64,000 nt of DNA from Phycisphaerae bacterium (GCA_963675745.2 CAXXWX010000013.1:64001-128000); one strand, 5' to 3'; positions 40,797 to 51,600 are shown, numbered from the stretch's first letter. Notes: generated from the letters alone by a model not told the origin. Made by a program: numbers and translations.

Positions 40797-41072
40797 CTCG
40801 CACGCGCCCGCCACGGGCGTTAGGCATTAGACATAATCAAGCAATTGCTGCGCCACGCAGGCCCAACGACGCGGATAATTCGCGATAGTCACTGTAAGTT
40901 GCGCTATCATCAAACGTTATGGGAAGTGGCATTCATGGGCGTGTCTGGGTTGGGCTCGCTGGTGGGTACTCATTGCCCATTAATGTGGTAAATCAATCGA
41001 AGAGACTACCCACCCAGGTACGGGGCTGCCGTGTTGCGCGCCGGCGATTCTTCTTGGTGCCGGCTGGCACGC

Positions 41073-41438
41073 TTACTCGGGCTGCGGGGCGGGGTCGTGT
41101 GTCTGGATCGCGTCATCCAGCGTCAGATCGGCGAGCTCCGGCAGATACACCCAGGTGTGGTCCGCGGTCCGCTCATACCAACCCGCAACGCCGTACCAAC
41201 CGGTATCGTCATCGGTGATAACGGTCCACACGCCCACATCGGAGCGAGATTGCGGGAGTTCGTAATAGGCCAGGCCAGCATCCAGCGACTCGACCCAATA
41301 CACGCCCGGCGTGACCGGCTTGGCACTTGGCTTGTCATCCAGCTCAACGGCCAGCTCGCACGGGCATCCGCCAGACATGATCGTGACCGCCAGCAGGGCG
41401 GCGCTCAGGCCTGACATGTAGCGGTTGCCATGTTGCAC
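41073..41438 (-). CDS. Small hypothetical lipoprotein
   Basis: AGGAG RBS; hydrophobic leader ending SGGC-P; aromatic-rich mature part. Confidence 0.55.
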   Translation of the reverse strand: MQHGNRYMSGLSAALLAVTIMSGGCPCELAVELDDKPSAKPVTPGVYWVESLDAGLAYYELPQSRSDVGVWTVITDDDTGWYGVAGWYERTADHTWVYLPELADLTLDDAIQTHDPAPQPE

Positions 41439-41777
41439 ACCTGACTCCTGAGACGGGTGCTCGACCCGCGCGGCGACTGTTCGCCAATTATATGCCTCTC
41501 TGTCCGTGGCACCTAGCCTCGGTTACGTATCCGCACGGCGATGCCAACGCACTTGACCATGACGTACACGCTCTGGCCTGCGCGCGATGTGTTATGGGGC
41601 GCCGGCCGCCCACCGGCCGCTCGGCCGACGCACATTCACTGATGGCCCGAAAATGTGCGCCGCAAAGGCGCCTCAGCAGGCCCCGGAGTTGAGCAGCGCC
41701 ACGCGGCCCGGTAGATTAGCGCCGTCCGGTCCGCAGCGGGCGCTGATACATCGAAATCCGAAGCAAGGTGACATGAC

Positions 41778-44618
41778 ATGAACCCCATCCGCAGCGCATT
41801 CGCGCGCCTGGCAGCGACGGCCGTGCTGGCACTGCTGCCGCTGGCTTTCGCCGGTGCGCAAGATGATACGCCGATTGCCAGCCCGGCAACGCAGGCCGTG
41901 GCGATTGAGAATCCACTTCGCACGCCCCACGACACCGTTGACCTGTTTCTAGTGACTCTGCGCAAGGCCGAGTCAGCACGTGACCCAAACGCTCGCGCCG
42001 ACCTGCACACGCTGGCGATGGACTGCCTTGACCTCGGCACCATGGATATGGATACGCGCGCCGCCAAGGGACCGGACTACGTGGTCCAGCTTTACGATAT
42101 CCTGAGTGCGCTCATCGACGCGGGTTATCTGGATCCCAACGACACCGCGGTTTTGCCGGACGAACCGACGGTCAAGGGTGACGTGCAGTCGTTTGGTAAG
42201 CCGCCCTTTGTGCTGGTTCTCGAACGCCTGCCGCGCGAGGTGGTCAGCGAGGCCGGCACTGAGCCCACCACGATTCACGAGTGGCGTTTCTCGGCCAACA
42301 CGGTCAGGGAGATTCCGCGCTGGCATGAGAATCTGCCGAGTCTGCGCGAGGCGATCGCCGCACGCGCGGCGCATGAATCCAAACCGGCGGTTCAGCCCGC
42401 GGATTTGAAGCTGCTGCGCTCACCGTTTCACACGGTCACGTACTTCCTTGACCGGGCCAGCGAGGCCAAGGAGGTTGATACCGCCTACTACGCCGACGCG
42501 CTGCGCTGTCTGGACTTTTCCGAGGCGGCCGCGGCGGCCCTCAAGGCTGAGCTCAAGCTCGAGACCGCGGCGGACGTCGCCGATGCGATGCGGCTGCGCG
42601 GTCCGGAGTACATCGCCGCGTTCGCTGAAGAGAGTGGTATCGCGTACGTTGATGGGCTGGCCAGGATCCTCGGGGCACTGCAACAGACCGGCCAGCTCAA
42701 GCTCGATGATCTGGACGCCGAACTCCCCGACGATCACAAACCGACCTATGCGTTCGGCCTCGACCCGCTGGGCGTAACGCTGATCAGACAGGCGGATGGT
42801 CGCTGGCTGTTTGGCGCTGAAACCGTGCGTGACGTACCGCGCATGCTGGAGGCCCTGGCAGACTCGTCAGCCGGCCAGCCCGAACCGATCGTGTCCGCGC
42901 CGCCGGCCGGTGACACCTCGGCGGCCCTGCCGGTTGCCGCGTCACCGGCGGCGGCTGCATCAGCCGGCGTTCCGCACGTGCGCTCCGCGTTCAGATCGCC
43001 GCGCGCTACCGTGCGCACATTCCGCCGGGCGATGCGTGAGGGTGACCTGGCCCGGGCGACGCAATGCCTGGATCTTTCCGAGCTGAGTGTCACGCAGCGA
43101 GAGTTGGCCCCCATCATGGCGGGGAAGCTGTGGCTGGTCATGATCCGTACGGAGTGGATTCCCGAATCACAGATTCCCGACGACAGCGACGGCGACTCGT
43201 TTGATCTGCTGGCGCGCACGGCCGGGCGCGTGGAACTCGACCGCCAGTGGACGCCGCCGCGCGAAGGGGCGTGGTTGTTCACGTCCCGCACGGTTGCCAA
43301 GATCGAGACGCTCTACGACACGATGGAGCGTCAGCCGATTCACCCATCGTGGGCCGAGCATGGCGTGAGTCCGTCGGCGCGGGCCATCTCGCCCGCGGCG
43401 CTGCCCGCTCTGTTCATCAGGGAATACTGGGTGCCGTCGGCGCTGCGGCATGATTTTCTGCGTATCGAGCTCTGGCAGTGGCTCGGCGTTTTACTCCTGC
43501 TGGTGTTGGGGCCGCTGGCGCGCGTGTGTGTCTCCGTGGTCGCGGCACCGATCGGCCGCCGCATATTGAGCACGCGGGACGTGGCCATGCTGCCCAGCAC
43601 GGTTCGCCGATCGTTAATGCCGCTGGCGATGCTGGCGATGCTCGGCGTGTGGTGGGGTGGCCTGCAGCTCCTGGATCTGCCGCAGGTGATGGTCATGTGG
43701 GCGTATTGGCTGCTGCGGATCGTGATGACGTTCTTCTCGGTCCTGGCGGCCTATCGGCTGATCGACCTGGTGATGACCTATTCCGCGGCGCGGGCCGCGG
43801 GTAGCGCCTCACGCCTCGACGATGTCGTCGTGCCGTTGATGGACAAGACGCTCAAGGTCATGGCGGTGGCCTTGGGCCTGATCTTTCTGCTGAACGTCAT
43901 CTTCGGCATTGATGCCTGGCGGCTCGTCGCCGGGCTCGGAGTTGGCGGTCTTGCAATCGCCTTTGCCGCCCAGGATACGATCAAGAATTTCTTCGGGTCG
44001 ATCAATGTCGTGCTCGACCGGCCCTTCCAGGTGGGCGACTGGGTGATCGTCGGCGGCGTCGAGGGCATGGTCGACTCGGTCGGCCTGCGCAGCACGCGCA
44101 TACGCACTTTCTACAAGTCGCAGGTCACGATTCCCAACAGCGAGATCATGAACGCCACCATCGACAATATGCAACGCCGCCCGCTGCGCCGCTTTAAGGC
44201 CATGATCGGCGTTACGTACGATACAAAGCCGGAGGCGCTTGAAGCGTTTACCGAAGGGATTCGCGAGTTGATCAGGCAGCACCCGGTTACGCACAAGGAG
44301 ACCTTCTACGTATATGTGAACGAACTCGGTGACTCGTCGATCGACATCCTGCTCTACTGCTTCCTCGAAGCCCGAACCTGGGAGATCGAGCTGCGCGAGC
44401 GACAGAGGTTGATTGTCGACATGGTCCGGCTGGCAAACTCGCTGGGCGTCGAATTCGCCTTCCCGACACGCACGCTGCACATGTATTCCGAGGAGGCCAA
44501 CGCCGCACGCATGGACCACATCCCGGCCAAGGTGCCGGCCGCACTCTCGCTCGGCCGCGAAAGCGCGGCGGGCATCGTTGACACGCACCTGCCGGCGGCG
44601 ATGAAGGCGAAACCGTAG
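41778..44618 (+). CDS. MscS-family mechanosensitive channel with large periplasmic N-terminus
   Basis: AGLGVGGLAIAFAAQDTIKNFFG, DRPFQVGDW, VGLRSTRIRT, IPNS, EFAFPT; three periplasmic repeats. Confidence 0.92.
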   Translation: MNPIRSAFARLAATAVLALLPLAFAGAQDDTPIASPATQAVAIENPLRTPHDTVDLFLVTLRKAESARDPNARADLHTLAMDCLDLGTMDMDTRAAKGPDYVVQLYDILSALIDAGYLDPNDTAVLPDEPTVKGDVQSFGKPPFVLVLERLPREVVSEAGTEPTTIHEWRFSANTVREIPRWHENLPSLREAIAARAAHESKPAVQPADLKLLRSPFHTVTYFLDRASEAKEVDTAYYADALRCLDFSEAAAAALKAELKLETAADVADAMRLRGPEYIAAFAEESGIAYVDGLARILGALQQTGQLKLDDLDAELPDDHKPTYAFGLDPLGVTLIRQADGRWLFGAETVRDVPRMLEALADSSAGQPEPIVSAPPAGDTSAALPVAASPAAAASAGVPHVRSAFRSPRATVRTFRRAMREGDLARATQCLDLSELSVTQRELAPIMAGKLWLVMIRTEWIPESQIPDDSDGDSFDLLARTAGRVELDRQWTPPREGAWLFTSRTVAKIETLYDTMERQPIHPSWAEHGVSPSARAISPAALPALFIREYWVPSALRHDFLRIELWQWLGVLLLLVLGPLARVCVSVVAAPIGRRILSTRDVAMLPSTVRRSLMPLAMLAMLGVWWGGLQLLDLPQVMVMWAYWLLRIVMTFFSVLAAYRLIDLVMTYSAARAAGSASRLDDVVVPLMDKTLKVMAVALGLIFLLNVIFGIDAWRLVAGLGVGGLAIAFAAQDTIKNFFGSINVVLDRPFQVGDWVIVGGVEGMVDSVGLRSTRIRTFYKSQVTIPNSEIMNATIDNMQRRPLRRFKAMIGVTYDTKPEALEAFTEGIRELIRQHPVTHKETFYVYVNELGDSSIDILLYCFLEARTWEIELRERQRLIVDMVRLANSLGVEFAFPTRTLHMYSEEANAARMDHIPAKVPAALSLGRESAAGIVDTHLPAAMKAKP

Positions 44619-44836
44619 CGTGCAGCCCGCCGCACCGTAATCCTGACTAAACCGTAGGGTGTGGCTCGCCGCAATGTAATTCTGACGGCGGCCCGCGCAG
44701 ATACAGGGGGCGGGTTGCAGCACCATTGCTCTGGACATAGCGCGCCCCAAATCGCTACGCTATAAGTAGAGCGCCCGACTCCCGCGTCGGACGCTCCGCG
44801 TCCATCGGCTCTGGCAGCAACAAGGGAGGGTCGGCG

Positions 44837-46938
44837 ATGAGAACACTGGCACTGACTACGGCAATACTCATCTGCACCACGACGGCGTCGGCGGATACGG
44901 TTCTTCTGGAACCGGTTGGGCAGATTGGCGGTGCGTGCTATGACGTGGCCGTCGTCGGTGATGTGGCCTACATGGGTACCGGCCCCCGCCTAGTCATTCT
45001 GGACGTGTCTGACCAAACCAACCCGACCTTCCTGGGCCAGTCGGAGGTGCTGCCGGATATTGTCTTCGGCGTGGCGGTCGCTGGCGACTACGCTTACCTG
45101 GCTGGCTATTATGCCGGTCTTCAGGTGGTCGACATTTCGAACCCCGCCGCGCCGATTTGGGTTGGCGAATGCGCCACGAGTGGCGTGGCTGTGGATGTGG
45201 CACTCTCCGGCGACTACGCCTGTGTCGCGGATTATGAGAGCGGTCTTCAAGTGATCAACATCTCCGACCCGGCCGCTCCGGTCAGAGAGGGAGGATATGA
45301 CACGGACGGGTACGCCTACGGCGTGGCAGTCTCGGGCGATTACGCCTACGTGGCGGATGATGACGCCGGTCTGGCTGTGATCAATATCTCCAATCCAGGC
45401 GCGCCGTTCTTGGAAGGTGGATACGACACGACCGGTTACGCCCGCGGCGTGATGGTCTCTGGCGACTATGCCTACGTGGCTGATTCGAATGCCGGTCTTC
45501 AGGTGATGAATGTCTCGGAGCCGGCTGACCCGGTGAGGGTGGGCGGATACGACACTAGCGGGTCTGCCTGGGCTGTGGCTATCTCCGGTGATTACGCCTA
45601 CGTGGCAGACTACGTGGCCGGTCTTCAGATCATCAACATCTCGGTCCCAGCCACGCCGGTTCGGGAGGGCGGATACGACACGAGCGGGCATGCCCGTGGC
45701 GTGGCGGTTTCGGGCGACCATGCATACGTCGCAGGCCATATTGCCGGTTTGCAGGTGATCGATGTTTCGGAGCCGAACGCAGCGCTGCGGGAGGGTGGAT
45801 ACGCGACCGGCGGGCACGCCTGGGACGTGGCTGTCTCGGGCAACTACGCCTCACGGTTGGCCTGGGCAGCGGCCTTCACGTGATCAACATCTCGAACCCG
45901 TCCGCCCCGGTCTGGGTGAGTGAATGCCTCACAAACGAGAATGCGTGGCGCGTGGCGATCTTTGGCAACCATGCGTATGTGGCGGCATACCATGCCGGTC
46001 TTCAAGTGGTCAATATCTCAGACCCGGGCGCCCCTTTCCGGGAAGGCGAATACAACACGAGCGGGTTCGCCTTGGATGTGGCGGTCTCTGGCGACTACGC
46101 ATACGTGGCGGATGGTTCTCCCGGGCTCCTGGCGATACACATCTCGGACCCAGCCGCACCGGTCTGGGCGGGCGGATACGACACGAGCGGGCAGGCCCAC
46201 GGCCTGGCGGTGGCGGGCGACTTCGCCTATGTGGCAGACTCGGACGCCGGGCTTCAGGTGATTGACATTTCAGACCCGGCCGCCCCTGACTGGGTTGGAG
46301 GATACAACACAAGCGGGTCTGCGCGCAACGTGGCGGTCTCCGGCGAATACGCGTACGTGGCCGATTATGAGGCCGGTCTTCAGGTGATCAACATCTCCGA
46401 CCCGAACGCCTTGTTCCGTGAGGGCGGATATGACACGAGCGGGGATGCCTGCGACGTGGCGATATCGGGCGACTACGCGTATGTCGCCGACTACTTGAGC
46501 GGCCTCCAAGTGATTAACATCGCAGACCCCACGGCACCATTTCGGGTGGGTGGATATGACACGCACAGGTGGGCGTGGGGTGTGGCGGTATCCGGTGACT
46601 ATGTCTACGTGGCGGACGTAGCGGGTGGGCTGGTGATCCTTCACATAGCTCCCGACTGCAACGAGAACGGCGTCGCCGATAGCGACGACATCACCGCCGG
46701 CGCGAGTACGGACCTCAATGCCAACGGCATTCCGGACGAGTGTGAGTCGCTCGGCGACATGAACTGCGACGGCTGGGCCAACAACGGCGACATCGACGCG
46801 TTTATCTTCGCCATGTCGTATCCCGAGCTATACCCCGACGAATACCCGGATTGCTACATCATGAACGGCGACATCAACGGCGACGGTTGGGTCAATAACG
46901 GCGATATCGACGCGTTTGTGGAGTTGCTCGTGCAATGA
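44837..46938 (+). pseudogene. Secreted LVIVD-repeat beta-propeller protein with C-terminal dockerin-like module, split by a 1-nt deletion at about 45851
   Basis: ~42-aa repeats VAVSGDYAYVAD..GLQVINISDP..P...GGYDT continue across ORFs 44837..45883 and 45880..46938. Confidence 0.8.
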
Positions 46939-46944
46939 ATTGCT

Positions 46945-47069
46945 CGTGCGAGAATCCTTTCTCGCACGTTCCTCTGCGCGAATCAGTTCCCGCGGTCAGG
47001 CGATGCGGGAGGCGGCTCCCGCCAGCGTGGGTGCGAGATATGAATCTCGCACCAGCGTATCTCGCACCC
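46945..47069. repeat. Cluster of GTGCGAGA/TCTCGCAC palindromes between convergent genes
   Basis: Hairpins at 46945-46968 and 47030-47053, extra half-site 47059-47069, plus gcgggag/ctcccgc hairpin at 47005-47022. Confidence 0.6.
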
Positions 47070-47119
47070 GCACCGCTATTCTGATGGCGGCCTGCGCCGC
47101 TCTTGAGGAGGAACCGGCG

Positions 47120-48274
47120 TTACCGGGGCCAGGCGGCGTTTTGGAACTTGCCGCTCTTGCTGATGACCTTGCCGTCAACCTCTACCACGCCGCCGCGGCG
47201 CAAATCGCAGACCAGATCCCAGTGCAGGCCGCTGGTGTTTTTGCCGCCGGTCTCGGGATACGCCGCGCCCAGCGCCATGTGAAACGTCCCGCCGATCTTC
47301 TCATCGAAAAGCGTATTGCGTGTATAGCGTTTGACGGCGTAGTTTGTTCCCAGAGCCAGCTCACCAACGATGCGCGCCCCGCGATCCTGCTCGATCATCT
47401 TGTGCAGGAAACTCTCATTCTTCGTCGCGCTGGCGTTGACGACCTTGCCGGCCTTGAATTCGAGCCGGATGCCGTCAACCTCGCGGCCGCCGGCGACCGC
47501 CGGAAAGTCGAAGACAACCACGCCGTCGGTGGCGTCCTCGATGGGGCCGGTGAACACTTCGCCGTCGGGGAAGTTCTCGTGTCCGTCGCAGTTCATCCAG
47601 CGCCGCCCCTTCACGCCATAACGCACGTCAGTGCCGTTGCGCGTGCGGATGTGTACCTCGCGGCCCTTGTTTAGCACATCGACCAGCCGTTGTTGCTGGC
47701 GGCCGAGCTTTTGCCAGGCGGCGACCGGGTCGCGCTCGTTGAGCTTGCAGGCGTCGAAGACGAAGTCGGCGTACTCACCGAGCGACATTTCGGCTTCCTG
47801 CGCGAAGCCGTTGGTGGGGATGTTGGTACCGGTCCAGCGCAGCCGCTTCGGGTCGCGCTTGGGCAGGGCGGCCCGTTTCATGAACACGTCCAGAATCGGT
47901 TTGCGCGCCTTGCTCACCAGCGCCTGTTTGGCCGGGTCAACGCCGCTCAGCGCGCGCGTGTTCTCACTCCCGAAAATGCCGATCCGCACGTTCGTGCCCG
48001 ACATGATGTGCTTTTCGAACGGCGGCGGCGTGCTGAGCTGCTCCGGCTTGCCGAACTTCAGCAGAATCTCACCGCAGGATTCGGGCGCGATTCTGACCCA
48101 CGGATTCCCGCCGGCCTTAAGCACTTCACGGTACGTCGCGACGATCGCCGGCTCGGCCAGTGGCGTTCCGACGATTGCGACGATGTCGCCTTTCTTGACG
48201 GCGACGCTGTACTTGACCAGAACCTGGGCGAGTTTGTCGATACGTGGGTCGTGCATACTGATCTCCGCGGACAT
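47120..48274 (-). CDS. M29 aminopeptidase (AmpS/PepS-like)
   Basis: DPRIDKLAQVLV, NFPDGEVFTGP, GELALGTN, LFDEKIGGTFHMALG, SGLHWD. Confidence 0.92.
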   Translation of the reverse strand: MSAEISMHDPRIDKLAQVLVKYSVAVKKGDIVAIVGTPLAEPAIVATYREVLKAGGNPWVRIAPESCGEILLKFGKPEQLSTPPPFEKHIMSGTNVRIGIFGSENTRALSGVDPAKQALVSKARKPILDVFMKRAALPKRDPKRLRWTGTNIPTNGFAQEAEMSLGEYADFVFDACKLNERDPVAAWQKLGRQQQRLVDVLNKGREVHIRTRNGTDVRYGVKGRRWMNCDGHENFPDGEVFTGPIEDATDGVVVFDFPAVAGGREVDGIRLEFKAGKVVNASATKNESFLHKMIEQDRGARIVGELALGTNYAVKRYTRNTLFDEKIGGTFHMALGAAYPETGGKNTSGLHWDLVCDLRRGGVVEVDGKVISKSGKFQNAAWPR

Positions 48275-48290
48275 GAGTGGTGGTGAGTTT

Positions 48291-48410
48291 TCAGCGTTCG
48301 GCCTTCAGCTTTCAGCGTTCAGCTATCAGCACTCAGCCACAAAGACAGCGGACGGGTCGGTAACGCGGCTTGTTGTTGTAGCTGATGGCTGAACGCTGAA
48401 AGCTGATCGC
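48291..48410. repeat. Inverted heptamer arrays (TCAGCNN)7 ... (NNGCTGA)4
   Basis: 48291-48339 and 48379-48410. Confidence 0.85.
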
Positions 48411-48436
48411 TCTCGGGCGCTGTCGGCCGGTTCTCC

Positions 48437-49423
48437 TCAGCCCTGGGCCTTGAGTTTCTTCACTTCCTCAGTGAGTACGGGCACCACCTTGAACAGGTCG
48501 TGCGGGATTGTGTAGTCGGCGACTTTCGTGAGCGGGGCTTCCGGATCGGTGTTGATGCACACGATCACCTTGCTGCCACGCATCCCCGCCAGGTGCTGAA
48601 TGGCGCCGCTGATACCGCAGCCGATGTACAGCTTGGGCGTTACAGTCTTCCCTGTCAGGCCGATCTGCCGGCTGTGAGGCTGGTAGCCGGCATCGCAGGC
48701 GGCGCGTGATGCGCCTACCGCCGCATCCAACTCGCCGGCCAGCTCGATGATGATGTTGAAGTTTTCCTCGTTCTTGAGGGCGCGGCCGCCGGCGACGATT
48801 ATGTCAGCCTCGGCGACATCCTTGATATCACCGCCGGTCTTGGCGACTTCCTTCACAGTGATGCGCTCATCGCCGGCCGTCGGACTGAAGGGCAAAGCCT
48901 CGGTCGCAGCCGAGCCGGTGTCGGCGGGGGCGGCGAAGGTGTTGGGGCGCACGGTGGCCACGGCGGGCTTGCCGGCTGGGAACTCGACCGCTGCCATTGC
49001 CTTACCGTTGTAAATCGGCCGTTTGACCTTGAGGGTGCCGTCCACGATGTCCAGATCGACCACGTCGGTCGCCAGGCCGCCGCCGATGCGCGCCGCCACC
49101 CGTGGCGACAAGTCGCGCCCCATTGAAGTGGCCAGCATGAGCACGATGCGTGGCTTGATGCTGTCGATCACGCCGCACAGCGCCGAGCGATAGCGCAAGG
49201 TAGAGTATGACCCCAAGCTCGGATCGGTAACGGTGATTATCTTGTCGACGCCGGCCACGTTCACGGCTGCGGCGGCGTTGCCGATGTCATCCCCGATGAC
49301 ACAGGCGATCGCTTGACCGCCGGTCTTGTCGGCCAGTTGGCGCGCGGCGGTGACGATCTGCAAGGCGGCGGGATGAAGCCGGTTGTCACGTTGTTCGGCA
49401 AAAATGAGTATGTCGTCTGTCAT
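48437..49423 (-). CDS. etfA: Electron transfer flavoprotein alpha subunit
   Basis: VGASRAACDAG, QIGLTGKTVTPKLYIGCGISGAIQHLAGM, INTDPEAP. Confidence 0.95.
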   Translation of the reverse strand: MTDDILIFAEQRDNRLHPAALQIVTAARQLADKTGGQAIACVIGDDIGNAAAAVNVAGVDKIITVTDPSLGSYSTLRYRSALCGVIDSIKPRIVLMLATSMGRDLSPRVAARIGGGLATDVVDLDIVDGTLKVKRPIYNGKAMAAVEFPAGKPAVATVRPNTFAAPADTGSAATEALPFSPTAGDERITVKEVAKTGGDIKDVAEADIIVAGGRALKNEENFNIIIELAGELDAAVGASRAACDAGYQPHSRQIGLTGKTVTPKLYIGCGISGAIQHLAGMRGSKVIVCINTDPEAPLTKVADYTIPHDLFKVVPVLTEEVKKLKAQG

Positions 49424-49551
49424 GGAAGCACTCTACTCGCTTGGCCACGGGTTCCGAAAGATTGACGGCCGACCCCCGAGTCGCCCGCTGTCGCAAGGGA
49501 CACTCTCCTGGTCGATACGTCCGACTGGCGCGCCGAACGCCACGACTTTCA

Positions 49552-50346
49552 TCAGATTGCCTTCGCCTCTTCACGTAGCAGCTTGACCAGCTCTCTGGCG
49601 GCTTCATCGGGCTCGCCGGGGATGACTCTGCCCGGCGGGCGCTCGGCGGGCGGCGTGAGCTCGTGCATACGCGTGCCGCCCATTCCCGAAGTGAGCTCAT
49701 CAAGGCCGGGTATGTCGGCGGCGGCAACGGAACGAATGGGCTTCTTCTTTGCCTTCATGAGATTCGGCAGTGATGGATACCGCATCTCGCACAGCCCTTT
49801 CTCGCACGTCACCAGCGCCGGCAGCGCTACCTCGACGACTTCCTCGGCGCCTTCGACGCGACGTCGCGCGACAAACGACCCGCCATCCTCCGCTATCTCT
49901 AGTTTGACAGCGGCGCCGATGTGCGGGATGTCGAGCAGCTCGGCCAGCGCCGGGCCCAGGTGCCCGCTATCGAGGTCGATTTCCTGCTTGCCGGTCAGCA
50001 GCAGATCGTAGCCGCCCTCCTTGATCACCGCCGCCATGATCGCGGCCAGTTGCAGATCGTCGAGGGCGTCAAAGGCGTCGTCCTGGATGTGGATACCGTC
50101 ATCGCAGCCGACGGCCAGGGCTGTCCGCAGGGCCTCGGACACACGGGCGGGCCCGAGCGTTAACACGGTGACCTGCTCGACATCCTTGCGCTTCTCTTTG
50201 AGCAAGACTGCCTGCTCGATGGCGAACTCGTCGAACGGGTTGACTACCATCTTTATGCCCGCGCGGTCGATATCGCTCCCGTCGGCGGACACCTTGATTC
50301 TGGTCGTCGAGTCCGGAACCTGCTTGATTAACACGAGAATCTTCAT
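49552..50346 (-). CDS. etfB: Electron transfer flavoprotein beta subunit
   Basis: MKILVLIKQVPD, NPFDEFAIE, GKQEID, RYPSLPNLMKAKKK. Confidence 0.95.
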   Translation of the reverse strand: MKILVLIKQVPDSTTRIKVSADGSDIDRAGIKMVVNPFDEFAIEQAVLLKEKRKDVEQVTVLTLGPARVSEALRTALAVGCDDGIHIQDDAFDALDDLQLAAIMAAVIKEGGYDLLLTGKQEIDLDSGHLGPALAELLDIPHIGAAVKLEIAEDGGSFVARRRVEGAEEVVEVALPALVTCEKGLCEMRYPSLPNLMKAKKKPIRSVAAADIPGLDELTSGMGGTRMHELTPPAERPPGRVIPGEPDEAARELVKLLREEAKAI

Positions 50347-50577
50347 ACCTTGTTCTCTCTGCACTGTGTTGGAATCGAGTTGTGCCGAAAGCCGGACCCA
50401 ACATCCTAGCGTAAGCCGTCGCTGTGGGAAAGCGCTCGCGGCGTCTCGCTACCTCGCCAGGATGCCCCACGGCTCGCCGTGGGCGGCGCGTGTGAATCAG
50501 GCGGATGAGCGGCGGCGGATGTTCGCCTTCATCGACCGGGCGCGCGCTGACGATGAGACAAGAGAGGCTGAAACCCC

Positions 50578-51474
50578 ATGCGTATTCGCGAACTACTGAC
50601 AACCGGCCAGCCGAGCATCTCATTCGAGTTCTTTCCCCCCAAGGATGAGGCAGGATTCGAAAGTCTGCGCCGCACCCTGGCCTCTTTACGCGAGCTGCGC
50701 CCCACCTATGTCTCCGTCACCTGGGGGGCCGGCGGCGGCACGCGCGGGCGGACCGTCGAGCTCGTTACGCACCTCAGAGACGACTACGGCATCGAGCCCA
50801 TGGCACACGTAACCTGCGCCGGCGCCACGCGCGACGAGTTGCAGGGGATCCTGTGGAAGCTGGCCGATTCCGGGATCGAGAACACGCTGATCCTGCGGGG
50901 TGATCCGCCGCGCGGCGAGTCCGAGTTCCAGCCGGTGGAAGGCGGCTTCAACCATGCGTCAGAATTGGCCGCGTTCGCCCGGCAGTACTTCAGTTTCTGC
51001 GTCGGAGGGGCCTGTTATCCTGAGGTGCATCCCGAGGCCCCTGACGCCGACACCGACCTCGCAAATCTGCGCAAGAAACTCGACGCGGGCTGTGAGTTCC
51101 TCATTACGCAGCTCTTCTTCGACAACCGGAAGTACTTCGACTTTGTGGCCCGCGCACGCGCGGCGGGTATCGGCGTGCCGATCATCCCCGGCATCATGCC
51201 CATCACTAACGTCAAGCAGATCGAGCGTTTCACGCGGACTTGTGGGGCGACAATTCCCGACGAGTTGATGCGCGAATTGCGGCTGCTACAGGACGATCCA
51301 AACGCGGTGCTTTCTCTTGGCGTCGCCCACGCCACGGCCCAATGTCTCGAACTGCTCCAGCGCGGCGCCCCGGGCATCCATTTCTACACGCTCAACAAGT
51401 CACCCGCTACGCGGACAATCCTGACGGCGATCCGCACGGTGTATCCGCCCGCCCGACGACCGGCCGGGACGTGA
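50578..51474 (+). CDS. metF: 5,10-methylenetetrahydrofolate reductase
   Basis: SFEFFPPK, SVTWGAGG, LRGDPP, ITQLFFD, PGIMP, HFYTLN. Confidence 0.96.
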   Translation: MRIRELLTTGQPSISFEFFPPKDEAGFESLRRTLASLRELRPTYVSVTWGAGGGTRGRTVELVTHLRDDYGIEPMAHVTCAGATRDELQGILWKLADSGIENTLILRGDPPRGESEFQPVEGGFNHASELAAFARQYFSFCVGGACYPEVHPEAPDADTDLANLRKKLDAGCEFLITQLFFDNRKYFDFVARARAAGIGVPIIPGIMPITNVKQIERFTRTCGATIPDELMRELRLLQDDPNAVLSLGVAHATAQCLELLQRGAPGIHFYTLNKSPATRTILTAIRTVYPPARRPAGT

Positions 51475-51600
51475 GTGCGGCGGGGGGCACACCCGTGGGA
51501 AGCATTGCTCGCAGGCTCGGCTGGTGATGTGACTACTACGCATTGGCTCCGTCGGCTAAGATGCGTGTCTGACGCCGAACCGTACGATGGAGGGTGCCCC

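Noticed and set aside
45881..45883. Selenocysteine or stop readthrough at the TGA in the LVIVD gene
   Set aside because: The downstream part is in a different frame, so this is a frameshift, not readthrough.
44900..46640. ~126-bp periodic DNA repeats resembling an array or DGR template
   Set aside because: They are coding LVIVD repeats with mostly synonymous-type divergence; no reverse transcriptase nearby.
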